A DNA stretch of 32,000 nt from Aliivibrio fischeri ES114 (GCF_000011805.1 NC_006841.2), one strand, 5' to 3'. Counted from the stretch's first letter, positions 18,480 to 27,006 are shown. Numbers and translations: made by a program. Notes: a model not told the origin generated them from the sequence alone.

Positions 18480-19750
18480 AATGGAAATCCTTTCTGTTTT
18501 TTATGAGGCCAAATTTGTCTTTCACGCTCTCCGTATTGATTAATTTTAGGTTTCATAGTGTACATACCACTATCTAAAGCCCAGTGATCTGAACAATGGA
18601 CATAATGTTTTAAAACATAAGATGATAAAGACTCTGGTACTTCTTTTATAATAGATAAGCCTGAGATATTTTTTGAATGATTATAATTGTCTTCATAAAA
18701 TGAGTAGAGTTCTGCTAACCTTCCTCCAAAAATCAAAGTATTTGTTGAAAGTGGAACATTATTATCCATGGCTATCTTATGCATTAAATTAAATGAAAGA
18801 AATTGAAGATCTGGTGAAATATCCCTTGTCATTGATAATGTTGCTCTATATCGATAATGCTTATTGGTAAGTCTTGTTTTAACAACATTGTTTTGTGAAA
18901 AACAACTTGAAGAAACAACATAAGGTAGAAACTCTTGTTTCATCTCTTCTATTTTTTCTTCTGCTCTATTATTAAAGTTTCTAGTTGCATGCCAATCGTC
19001 CTCACTAATAGTACGTAGATATGGTTTCATAATTAATACGCTATCTTTTGGATCTTTGTAACCACCACCAATATCAGAATGAACACCAAGCAACGCTAAT
19101 TCTTGATGTTCAGGAGCAACCGAATTTAGCGCAAAATTATCTCTACACTCATGATGAGCGGTAAAATGCACCACTTTTTTTGCAATATCTTTAGGTAAAT
19201 ATAAGTTTATACCATGATTATTTTCATCTGTTGTATCGAGTAAATCTTTAATACAACCAATTGCTGCAACTGTATCGTATAACCCAATAAAATTAATACT
19301 TACTTTAGAAGAATCATTTAATTGTAATTTCTCATACACTAAGCCATCCACTTTTTTATGAATTTCATTAGCAAAATGCCTTGCTGTAGCTGCACCTCGA
19401 CTAAAACCAAAAATATCAAAGACCAACTTTATAAGGTGAATGTTAATACCTGATTTATTTAATTCTAAAAGAATATCATCAATAGCTTTCTTTGAAATCG
19501 CAATAACACCACGATCACCAACCCCTAAACCCATATCAGGAAAACGTTGATCTTCTTCAAGAGCTTTAGTGCCAACACCTTCCATATAAATCTTATGCAT
19601 CGTTTTGACATCTGATATATATGATTTAAATAAACGTCCTATATTTGTAATCGAATTATCGTAACTTCCTCGATTTTTTTCTGAAAATTCGAATAATTCT
19701 TCGCATATATTTTGGGTTTCATCAGAAATAAACGTTTCATCTTCGCACAT
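18476..19750 (-). CDS. C-terminal fragment of the effector (DUF2235 alpha/beta-hydrolase lipase domain, from the first ATG)
   Basis: GFSRG nucleophile elbow with Asp and His motifs. The conserved FFDGTGNN strand lies upstream of this ATG, so the fragment is N-terminally incomplete. Confidence 0.6.
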   Translation of the reverse strand: MCEDETFISDETQNICEELFEFSEKNRGSYDNSITNIGRLFKSYISDVKTMHKIYMEGVGTKALEEDQRFPDMGLGVGDRGVIAISKKAIDDILLELNKSGINIHLIKLVFDIFGFSRGAATARHFANEIHKKVDGLVYEKLQLNDSSKVSINFIGLYDTVAAIGCIKDLLDTTDENNHGINLYLPKDIAKKVVHFTAHHECRDNFALNSVAPEHQELALLGVHSDIGGGYKDPKDSVLIMKPYLRTISEDDWHATRNFNNRAEEKIEEMKQEFLPYVVSSSCFSQNNVVKTRLTNKHYRYRATLSMTRDISPDLQFLSFNLMHKIAMDNNVPLSTNTLIFGGRLAELYSFYEDNYNHSKNISGLSIIKEVPESLSSYVLKHYVHCSDHWALDSGMYTMKPKINQYGERERQIWPHKKQKGFPF

Positions 19751-19930
19751 AGCACCAAAATCAGCATTAAACGAGTTGTTTCCTGTTCCATCAAAGAAAA
19801 CACCAAAGCGAATTTCTTGCTTAGTAAAATCCAGAACTTCAATTACATAACTCTCGTTATGAACAAAAGTAACATTCCCTAGCTTCCCTTTATTATGCTC
19901 TTCAAGAAATTGATAATCCGGATTATTACT

Positions 19931-20278
19931 TCATAGATCTCCCAATGTTGCATGTAGGTACTTTTTACTTTGGTTTTGTTCTGGACCACCCAGAGCTTCT
20001 TTTGCAAACTCTGGAACTAGCGATGTTTCTGAATCTAATCGCTTATCTCGGTCTTCAACAACATCTATTAATGTCTGAGTATCTATAGTAACTTTTACAG
20101 GACCACTCGCAATATCTTCAATATGATTTATTCCAGAAGTCAAATTTACAGTCTGAATAGCTCCGGAAGCATCTTCGATAGTGATATCAAAACCTTCATA
20201 AGACTGATTATTTTCATCTCTAAAATCTAATTCAATCCAGTTTTTACTCTTTTCACAGGGAATACAACGATCACTCAT
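19931..20278 (-). CDS. N-terminal fragment of the effector (115 aa, uncharacterised module)
   Basis: ATG overlaps the DUF4123 gene stop (ATGA at 20275-20278). Ends at the in-frame TGA. Contains C-x2-C near the N-terminus. I recognise no family. Confidence 0.6.
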   Translation of the reverse strand: MSDRCIPCEKSKNWIELDFRDENNQSYEGFDITIEDASGAIQTVNLTSGINHIEDIASGPVKVTIDTQTLIDVVEDRDKRLDSETSLVPEFAKEALGGPEQNQSKKYLHATLGDL

Positions 20279-21075
20279 ATCTGGGTTCCTTGTTGTAATT
20301 CAGATCGAGTTACTAAGTTCTCTACCTGCTTAACGGTTTTTATTTGTGCGCTATCTAAATACCAGGCTTCATAGATGTCGTGACTTTGTTGTTTACTATC
20401 TTTAATTAGCATGTTCATTGAATATGCTTCTAATTCTTCATTTTCAAGACGATGCGCTCGCCCCTCTATAAGATGGTTAATTAACTGTGATTGTATATCT
20501 GAATTTTTTTCGTATATCTCTTTCATTAAAGAAGGAAGACGCTGCCACGCTAATCGCTCAGTAATCCATGCATGTCTTTCAACTGAATATGATGAATGGT
20601 GTTTTTCTATCTTCCACCACGGCTCTGATTTATAACTTACTTGAGAGGCGCTATTTTCGTAAGAACACAAAGAACCGACTGACGATATAATTTCTATACA
20701 CTCTGAACTACCAAGAAATAACGATAATTCTTTCTGGTTAAATGATACAAGCATGGCTTCTAAAACAACTCGGTCATAATAACGAAATAAAACTAATTCT
20801 CCATCAAGACCTGCAAACGTTAAACTTTTCCAATGCTGTATATGTGTTTCAATATCATCAGAAAAATAAATACGAAAGCCTGATGGTTTATTGGCAAAAT
20901 AAGCTAAAAACTCTTTAGGTGGATATGGCAATAACCATGGACCAATCTCTTTCTGTGCATCAAACTCAGTATCTAAATACAAAGGAAAAGCATTACCACC
21001 ACCATAATGATAAAAGCGCTCAATAACCTCTTTATCTTCAAGAGGATTAACTACCAAATAGCTCTGTTCATGCAT
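20275..21075 (-). CDS. DUF4123-family T6SS effector adaptor/chaperone (Tap/TEC-like)
   Basis: DUF4123 hallmarks: YLVVNPL..., FPLYLDT, IGPWLLPYP, LFRYYDRVVLEAML. ATG at 21075 with GGAGGGG RBS just after the vgrG TAA; the ORF track's start at 21114 overlaps vgrG. Confidence 0.85.
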   Translation of the reverse strand: MHEQSYLVVNPLEDKEVIERFYHYGGGNAFPLYLDTEFDAQKEIGPWLLPYPPKEFLAYFANKPSGFRIYFSDDIETHIQHWKSLTFAGLDGELVLFRYYDRVVLEAMLVSFNQKELSLFLGSSECIEIISSVGSLCSYENSASQVSYKSEPWWKIEKHHSSYSVERHAWITERLAWQRLPSLMKEIYEKNSDIQSQLINHLIEGRAHRLENEELEAYSMNMLIKDSKQQSHDIYEAWYLDSAQIKTVKQVENLVTRSELQQGTQI

Positions 21076-21079
21076 TCTA

Positions 21080-23116
21080 TTATTCCCCTCCGCAAGGTTT
21101 AACAGCAATGGCATTCAATTTTTGAGCGTTCTCTAATGCATTTTGAGGGGCTTTCATTGGTAAAGATCCCGCCTGCTCAACTTCTTTTCCCATTGGTAAT
21201 ACGGCTGTTTTTCCTGCATAACCACTGCCACTTCCCGCGCTTCCGCCAGAGTTTAGGTTAATTACAGAACCAATAAGATGAACGCCTGCTGGGTCAATTT
21301 TTACAACACTACCGCCGGCTTTAATGGTGATTTCAGTACCTGCTTCTAACACTATTTTTTGACCTGATTTTAAATGCAATTCAGAGCCGATCTCTTCTAG
21401 CTGTTTTTTGCCTACTTTTTTATGTAAAGAGCCATTAACTTGATGATGAGCGTCGCCTTTAATCGTTTCAAACTGACTTCCATTAACGGTGGTATGACGA
21501 TTGTTTTTTATCTCATTAAACTGATTGTTATGTACAATCTTATGTTCATCATTGAAGACTTCTATTGTGTGATCATGTTGGATCTGGCTATCCATGTCTT
21601 TTGCTGCATGAATATAAATTTGCTCTGCGTCTTTTTTATCTTCAAAGCGCAGTTCATTAAAGTTTTCACCACCTAATGAACTTGAGGTTTTAAAGGTACT
21701 GCGTGTTTTATGCTCAGGTAAGGTATAAGGTGGTTTATTGGCACCGTTATAAAGCGCTCCAGTAATAATGGGCTTATCTGGATCACCATGAATGAAACTG
21801 ACAATCACCTCGTGTCCTATCCTAGGTAAAATAAACTGCCCATATTGGTTTCCAGCCCAGCCCTGAGATGTTCGTAACCAACAACTTGTCTTTTCATTTC
21901 CTTGACCATTTCTATCCCAATGAAACTGTACTTTTACGCGACCATGCTCATCACAATATATCTCTTCGCTTTCAGGACCTGTTACGATAGCGGTATCAAC
22001 ATTATGGATCAGTGGCTTAGGTTGAGTAGTAAGCTTAAAAGGAACTATCCATGGCATACAACGAAAACTGGCATTATATTCAGAGCCACCATCAGCCAAT
22101 TCTTCAAGTACCTGTGGCTGACGCCCGCTATGAAACACTTGAGTTAGCAACCAAGTATCGTTCCACTCAGGGTTAGGATGTTCTTGAATAGGTTGGAAAT
22201 ACCCTGCGGTCAATTGTGCGCAGTCGCTCTCGCCGAAAAGTTCAATACTCCTAGCTCTTTGTTGCTCTAGTCGTAATGATGCTTGTTTTGTAGCTTTTTC
22301 TGATGAGGTTTGATTAATTGGGTATTGATAATGTTCTAATGCTAACTCAGAGGCACATTCACCTTGATCATCGTTCTGCATAATCCCTGCAGGAAGTCGT
22401 GTTGGCGTTTCAAAATTAAAGTCTCTTACTGATATTTTACCGACGCTTACTTGCTGCTTTTTCATTAAAGAAGTAATGGTGTTGCCATCTTTCGTCATTC
22501 CATTATCAGCAACAACGCACAAGGGAGGTAATTCGGTATATATTTCAGGTCCATCCGAAATAATCTGTTTAACTCCACTCTCTGTATGTTCAAAATAATA
22601 TACTAAGCCTTCTTCAGACAATAAGCGCTGAACAAACATGGCATCGGATTCACCGTATTGAACACAGTATTCTCTTGGTTCATGAGTATTAAACAGCTCA
22701 ATAGTAAAATGATTACTCAAGATCCCCGCTTGTTGATAAATCTCGGTAATGATGTCTGGTACGGTTTTATTTTGAAATATTTGATAATTGGTTCGATAAT
22801 TGAGAAGCGCAAAAATAGGAACCAGACTTAATCGGTAGGTACTGTTTCGAAAAGAAGTGCTGATTTGCTCTATCGATTCAATAATGCCATGCACATACCT
22901 TGGCGCAAAATCGGGATTATTGTCATGATGCAATGTCAAGCAAGCTGGCAATTGTAGCCATTGAGCTAAATTCAATTCAGGCTCTTCACAAATAAAAGTA
23001 ACATCAAACTGATAGTTTTCTCCCAACGTTTCTTGCCCTGAGAATGAATACACTTGAAGTGGAATATCTATCGTTGCAACGTTAATTTCAAATTGAGCTT
23101 GGTTTGCATCCTGCAT
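21080..23116 (-). CDS. vgrG: T6SS spike protein VgrG (short C-terminal tail, no enzymatic extension)
   Basis: gp27-like N-terminal domain, gp5-like OB segment (GRVKVQFHWDR...CWLRTSQGWAG..YG..ILPRIGHEVIVSF..GDPDKPIITGALYN), beta-helix repeats, Gly/Ser-rich tail. Confidence 0.93.
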   Translation of the reverse strand: MQDANQAQFEINVATIDIPLQVYSFSGQETLGENYQFDVTFICEEPELNLAQWLQLPACLTLHHDNNPDFAPRYVHGIIESIEQISTSFRNSTYRLSLVPIFALLNYRTNYQIFQNKTVPDIITEIYQQAGILSNHFTIELFNTHEPREYCVQYGESDAMFVQRLLSEEGLVYYFEHTESGVKQIISDGPEIYTELPPLCVVADNGMTKDGNTITSLMKKQQVSVGKISVRDFNFETPTRLPAGIMQNDDQGECASELALEHYQYPINQTSSEKATKQASLRLEQQRARSIELFGESDCAQLTAGYFQPIQEHPNPEWNDTWLLTQVFHSGRQPQVLEELADGGSEYNASFRCMPWIVPFKLTTQPKPLIHNVDTAIVTGPESEEIYCDEHGRVKVQFHWDRNGQGNEKTSCWLRTSQGWAGNQYGQFILPRIGHEVIVSFIHGDPDKPIITGALYNGANKPPYTLPEHKTRSTFKTSSSLGGENFNELRFEDKKDAEQIYIHAAKDMDSQIQHDHTIEVFNDEHKIVHNNQFNEIKNNRHTTVNGSQFETIKGDAHHQVNGSLHKKVGKKQLEEIGSELHLKSGQKIVLEAGTEITIKAGGSVVKIDPAGVHLIGSVINLNSGGSAGSGSGYAGKTAVLPMGKEVEQAGSLPMKAPQNALENAQKLNAIAVKPCGGE

Positions 23117-23183
23117 AATGATCCTTCCTAATACACGACTCTACTTTCATCGCGTTAAACACGGTGGCTTAATTAAATAAGCT

Positions 23184-23244
23184 AAAACGCAAAAAGGGAG
23201 AGCCATCATAAACAGCTAGGGGTGCTTATGATATTGACTCTCCC
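23184..23244 (-). terminator. Intrinsic terminator/attenuator hairpin between hcp and vgrG
   Basis: Minus strand reads GGGAGAGTC-aat-ATCATAA-(14-nt loop)-TTATGAT-GGCTCTCCC, followed by TTTTTGCGTTTT. Confidence 0.7.
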
Positions 23245-23258
23245 GAAAATGCGAGCGA

Positions 23259-23777
23259 TTACGCTTTCATTGCTGTACGCCAGTCATCGTTACCTGATGT
23301 ACCTGCGACTTCGTGCGTCCAATCAATGGCACGATATGTCATAAATACATCTTCTAGGTGTGTGAAATGCGCTTGTGATGGGTCTTGACAGTTAGGCATT
23401 GACGCTGTGATATCAACGATAATCGCATCGTGTAGAACTGTTGTGAAATAGTGCTCTTGTGTACCTGTTGCAGAAGTACGGTACCACTTAATCTCAACTT
23501 TAGGCAGTTTCTCACCAGACGTTAATGCGTTATACATTAGTGGTGATGCCTTATCGAATACTTTTGTAATACGTACAGGCTTATGCACACGTTGACCAGT
23601 AGGCTGACCTGATTGAGGATCACGAGGTAATAAAACCTGATGTTCAAATCCTTGAACTAATACTTCGTCTTCATGACCTTCTTGGTAAATGTTACCTACT
23701 GAATCTTCAGTAAATGTACCTGCAGTAATTAGTCCCTGTTTTTCGCCTTCAATGCGCATATAAGCTGGAGTTGGCAT
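23259..23777 (-). CDS. hcp: T6SS tube protein Hcp
   Basis: 172 aa. MPTPAYMRIEGEKQGLITAG...GHEDE.LVQ.F.H....P.DPQSGQPTGQRVHKP... closely parallels Vibrio cholerae Hcp. AAGGAAG RBS. Confidence 0.95.
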   Translation of the reverse strand: MPTPAYMRIEGEKQGLITAGTFTEDSVGNIYQEGHEDEVLVQGFEHQVLLPRDPQSGQPTGQRVHKPVRITKVFDKASPLMYNALTSGEKLPKVEIKWYRTSATGTQEHYFTTVLHDAIIVDITASMPNCQDPSQAHFTHLEDVFMTYRAIDWTHEVAGTSGNDDWRTAMKA

Positions 23778-23825
23778 ACTTTCTTCCTTTTAAACAATAG
23801 TAAATGAATAATTCCCTATCCCTAT

Positions 23826-23841
23826 TGCCAAAGGTGTGCCA
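23826..23841 (-). promoter_or_regulatory. Sigma-54 (-24/-12) type promoter for hcp
   Basis: Minus strand reads TGGCAC-ACCTT-TGGCA against consensus TGGCAC-N5-TTGCW. GG and GC are correctly spaced. The -12 element is about 50 nt upstream of the hcp ATG. Confidence 0.6.
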
Positions 23842-24015
23842 ATTTTTTAACCGTTAAATATCAACAAGATAAAATGATAAAAAACATAAATTATAAAATA
23901 AAAGTTTGAAAAACAATCAAAGATTCTTGAAAATCAATCAAACTAATATCCGTGCCAAATTAAACTATCTTTCGTACTGAATCACGATTTTCCGATTCAG
24001 TTATCAAAAAAGCCA

Positions 24016-24666
24016 TTAATTAAGTAAATGAGCATAAAGGTGACTCACTTTTTCACTGCATTTAGGATTCGCTTCCATTCTTTTATAATGTGCGATGGTT
24101 TTATGTAAATACTCTTGGTGCTCGGTATTACTCAAGTTCCACATTTCAGAACCTATGCAATGTAATGGCTGTGTTGCTCGGTTGCTCACATGCAATACTT
24201 CATAAAATCGTTGGTTTTCTTTTACAAGCGTTTCAGAGATCAAACCAAAGCCCATTTCAATTAATTCTCGTCTTACCCTGTAATTATGCAAAACTGGGCA
24301 AAGAATAAACTCTAAATCAGCATCTTTATTATACTGATAAATAGACCGTACTAACTCAATAAGTAAATCTCCACCAACACCAGCAATAATAATTAAATTT
24401 TTAGAATCATTAACTAATGGAAGTTGCGCCACATCCATACAATGAACCTGCCATTGGGGTTGAATATCAGCGGCGTATTTATTAAGTCGAGTTTCTAGCT
24501 CTACCATTAAGCTATCTACCACATCCACAAAATGAATTACGCTTTTGGGTTGTGAGGCTAATAAAGCCATACCTAACTGGCCATGGTCACAACAACAGTC
24601 CCAAATATGATCATAATGGGTGGTTACTTTATTTCTGATGGTATCTAAACGAGAGCTTAATTTCAT
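24016..24666 (-). CDS. TrmK-like SAM-dependent tRNA (adenine-N1) methyltransferase family protein
   Basis: N-terminal MKLSSRLDTI...IWDCCCDHGQLG resembles the TrmK/DUF633 pattern (MKLS.RL......D.G.DH..L). Length of about 216 aa fits the family. Confidence 0.6.
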   Translation of the reverse strand: MKLSSRLDTIRNKVTTHYDHIWDCCCDHGQLGMALLASQPKSVIHFVDVVDSLMVELETRLNKYAADIQPQWQVHCMDVAQLPLVNDSKNLIIIAGVGGDLLIELVRSIYQYNKDADLEFILCPVLHNYRVRRELIEMGFGLISETLVKENQRFYEVLHVSNRATQPLHCIGSEMWNLSNTEHQEYLHKTIAHYKRMEANPKCSEKVSHLYAHLLN

Positions 24667-24754
24667 GAGTTTAATCTGTAGTAAAAATCAGACACAGTAT
24701 ATAGTATTTTTTTCATAAAAATCAGGTAAGCTACCCTATAGAATTCTTAATCAA

Positions 24755-25576
24755 ATGGTAATGATGATGTATAAACTGATCGCGCTTGATATGGATGGCA
24801 CTCTGCTTAATTCCGACAAACAAATCTCTGCAGAAAACAAAGCTGCAATTGCCGCTGCTCGTGAAAAAGGTGTCGTTGTCGTATTGGCTTCTGGGCGCCC
24901 ACTAAATGGCATGAAACCACAGCTTGAAGAACTTGGAATGACAACTGAAAACGACTACGTGCTCAGTTATAACGCATCATTAGTTCAAAAAGTGAAAAAT
25001 GAGGAAGTGATCCGTAGCCAAATCATTACTGGTGCAGATGCCAAAGCCATTGCAAAACTTGCACAAGAGCTTGGTGTGAATGTTCATGCATTTTCTCAAG
25101 AAAAAGGGTTAATTACTCCTGCACTAAGTCACTACACAGAGCATGAATCAAAAATCACAGGTATGCCGATCACAGTTATTGATTTTGAAGAACTTGCTGA
25201 TGATGAACAGATACTTAAAGCAATGATGATTGATGAACCAGAACTGCTTTCTGCAGCTATCAAACAACTTCCTGAAGCACTTTATAAACAATTTACCATT
25301 GTTCAAAGTGCACCTTTCTTCTTAGAATTTTTAAACCCAAACAGCAACAAAGGTGTAGGTGTAGAAGCACTGGCTGAGCATCTAGGTATTACCGCCGATG
25401 AGGTAATTTGTATGGGTGATGCTGGCAATGATTGGCACATGATTAAATACGCAGGTTTAGGTGTTGCAATGGCCAACGCAACCGATGATGTAAAAGAGAT
25501 TGCTAATCATATTACCGTAAGTAATAACGAACATGGTGTAGCAAAAGTGATTGAAGAGTTTGTATTAAACGCTTAA
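24755..25576 (+). CDS. Cof-type HAD-IIB sugar-phosphatase
   Basis: LIALDMDGTLLNS (motif I), ASGRP (motif II), NKGVG...CMGDAGNDWHM (motifs III/IV). The start is ambiguous among ATGs at 24755-24769. Confidence 0.88.
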   Translation: MVMMMYKLIALDMDGTLLNSDKQISAENKAAIAAAREKGVVVVLASGRPLNGMKPQLEELGMTTENDYVLSYNASLVQKVKNEEVIRSQIITGADAKAIAKLAQELGVNVHAFSQEKGLITPALSHYTEHESKITGMPITVIDFEELADDEQILKAMMIDEPELLSAAIKQLPEALYKQFTIVQSAPFFLEFLNPNSNKGVGVEALAEHLGITADEVICMGDAGNDWHMIKYAGLGVAMANATDDVKEIANHITVSNNEHGVAKVIEEFVLNA

Positions 25577-25600
25577 TTTCATTACATAGATACAACTAAA

Positions 25601-25645
25601 AATAGCCCCTAGCATGAATAAACATACTAGGGGCTATTTTATTTC
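25601..25645. terminator. Bidirectional terminator between the Cof and MFS genes
   Basis: Stem aatagcccctag (25601-25612) / ctaggggctatt (25627-25638), followed by a T-run. Confidence 0.75.
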
Positions 25646-25666
25646 TGATAAAGACTAATTACATGA

Positions 25667-26965
25667 TTACGCTTCTGATTCAACCATGCGTTTTTCATTA
25701 TCTCCACCACTGTTCTTCTTCTTCAATGAAATAAGAATGAGTGAGCACACCATACCAACAACAGCAACAGTTAAACCAATACCAAAGATCATTTGATATG
25801 CCTGAACTGCAGGATAGCTATCAATAATCCAGCCATTTAATGCATATGCCCAGAATACAGAAGCATAAGCTGCAAATGAACCGACACTCATTGCTGAACC
25901 ACTGTAATCTTTAGGCACGCCCGCTTCTGCCACTGGCGCTAAAATAATACCTTTTGCTAAGAAAATGCTAAATGAGAAACACATTAATAGAACCATGTTC
26001 ATCATTAACATGCCTTCTGATTTAGGTAGAGCAATCGTCACACCTAAACATACCGCCGTTAAACCTAAAGCGAAGAACATCATCTTAATGGAAGATTTAA
26101 AAATGAAATCAGCAATAGAGCCAGCGACAAGACCTGCAACAACACCCATTGCGCCTGTATTAATGATACCGAAGATCGCAGCTTGAGCAGTAGACAACCC
26201 GAACACAGCTTGAAGATAAGGGACCGTATAAATCAGTGTAATGTAAATCCAATATACAGTTAGAGATGTAATTGCAGCTAGCCATACCGTTGGCATTTTT
26301 AAAACGTGAATTAAGCCTTTTAATGCCTCTTTGTTTTTGCTTTCACCTTGCTTAATTTCCATATGGTTATCTGGTACGAATTTCCATACACAGAAGATCA
26401 TTGGGAGAATAAGTAATGTATAGAAAACAATTGCACCTTGGAATACAAGAATAGAGCCACCAACCAATGCCATGATACCGACGATAACCGCATTCATACT
26501 CATCTCAGCAGCGCGTCGCACAGATTCTAATAGCCCAAACGCCATTCCTTTGTTTCTATCGCCAGACATTAACGTCACACCATTCACAACGGCAGGCCAG
26601 AATGCGGCGTCGACTAAGCCCCAAATACCTGCAATAACGACAAGTACGCTAAAACCAGGTTCTAAGAAGATGATCGCCATCATACTTAAAAAACGAATCG
26701 ACAAACTGGTTATTAAAATGGATTTAACAGAAAAACGATTATTGACCCAACCAGCTGGAATATAGAAGAACATTGCTGAGCCTATCAGCGTAAATAGGAT
26801 CCCCATTTGGGTATTATCTATTTTTAGTACTTCTAATAATAAATTATAAAATGTCCCTTTAAAGGCTTCAAAAGCCGAGTAAATAATTTGCCCTGACATT
26901 ACGACAGAGAAAAAACCGAATAGCTGATTTCGACTGGTAAACCCAATCTTTTCAAATAAGTTCAT
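25667..26965 (-). CDS. MFS transporter (substrate unknown; operon partner of a glycerophosphodiesterase)
   Basis: 432 aa with about 12 TM segments in a 6+6 arrangement and a central loop. Located 41 nt downstream of the GDPD gene. Confidence 0.8.
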   Translation of the reverse strand: MNLFEKIGFTSRNQLFGFFSVVMSGQIIYSAFEAFKGTFYNLLLEVLKIDNTQMGILFTLIGSAMFFYIPAGWVNNRFSVKSILITSLSIRFLSMMAIIFLEPGFSVLVVIAGIWGLVDAAFWPAVVNGVTLMSGDRNKGMAFGLLESVRRAAEMSMNAVIVGIMALVGGSILVFQGAIVFYTLLILPMIFCVWKFVPDNHMEIKQGESKNKEALKGLIHVLKMPTVWLAAITSLTVYWIYITLIYTVPYLQAVFGLSTAQAAIFGIINTGAMGVVAGLVAGSIADFIFKSSIKMMFFALGLTAVCLGVTIALPKSEGMLMMNMVLLMCFSFSIFLAKGIILAPVAEAGVPKDYSGSAMSVGSFAAYASVFWAYALNGWIIDSYPAVQAYQMIFGIGLTVAVVGMVCSLILISLKKKNSGGDNEKRMVESEA

Positions 26966-27006
26966 TTGAGCAATCCTTTCACGTTATTGAATTATTAGTT
27001 TTGTTA

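Larger units (their letters stand above)
18476..20278 (-). pseudogene. Tle1-family (DUF2235) T6SS phospholipase effector reading frame, interrupted by one in-frame TGA (19931-19933)
   Basis: Single frame of 600 codons: 115 aa + TGA + 60 codons with no start + 424 aa. DUF2235 motifs: FFDGTGNN (19775-19798), GFSRG (19394-19408), LYDTVAA, GVHSDIGGGY. Confidence 0.8.

Noticed and set aside
19639-19842. 67-aa ORF overlapping the effector in another frame
   Set aside because: It lies entirely inside the continuous DUF2235 reading frame that carries the FFDGTGNN motif. Its sequence is low-complexity and it has no RBS, so it is a shadow ORF.
19931-19933. The in-frame TGA of the effector as a selenocysteine codon
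   Set aside because: Only a weak AT-rich 4-bp stem (taat-ccgg-atta) follows the TGA, which does not resemble a bacterial SECIS hairpin. The surrounding context (LGDL_SNN) gives no reason for a redox residue. TGG to TGA nonsense or a sequencing error is more economical.
23941-23957. Second TGGCAC (minus strand) upstream of hcp as another sigma-54 promoter
   Set aside because: The -12 position reads TTAG instead of TTGC, so the invariant GC is missing. It is probably a chance -24-like hexamer.
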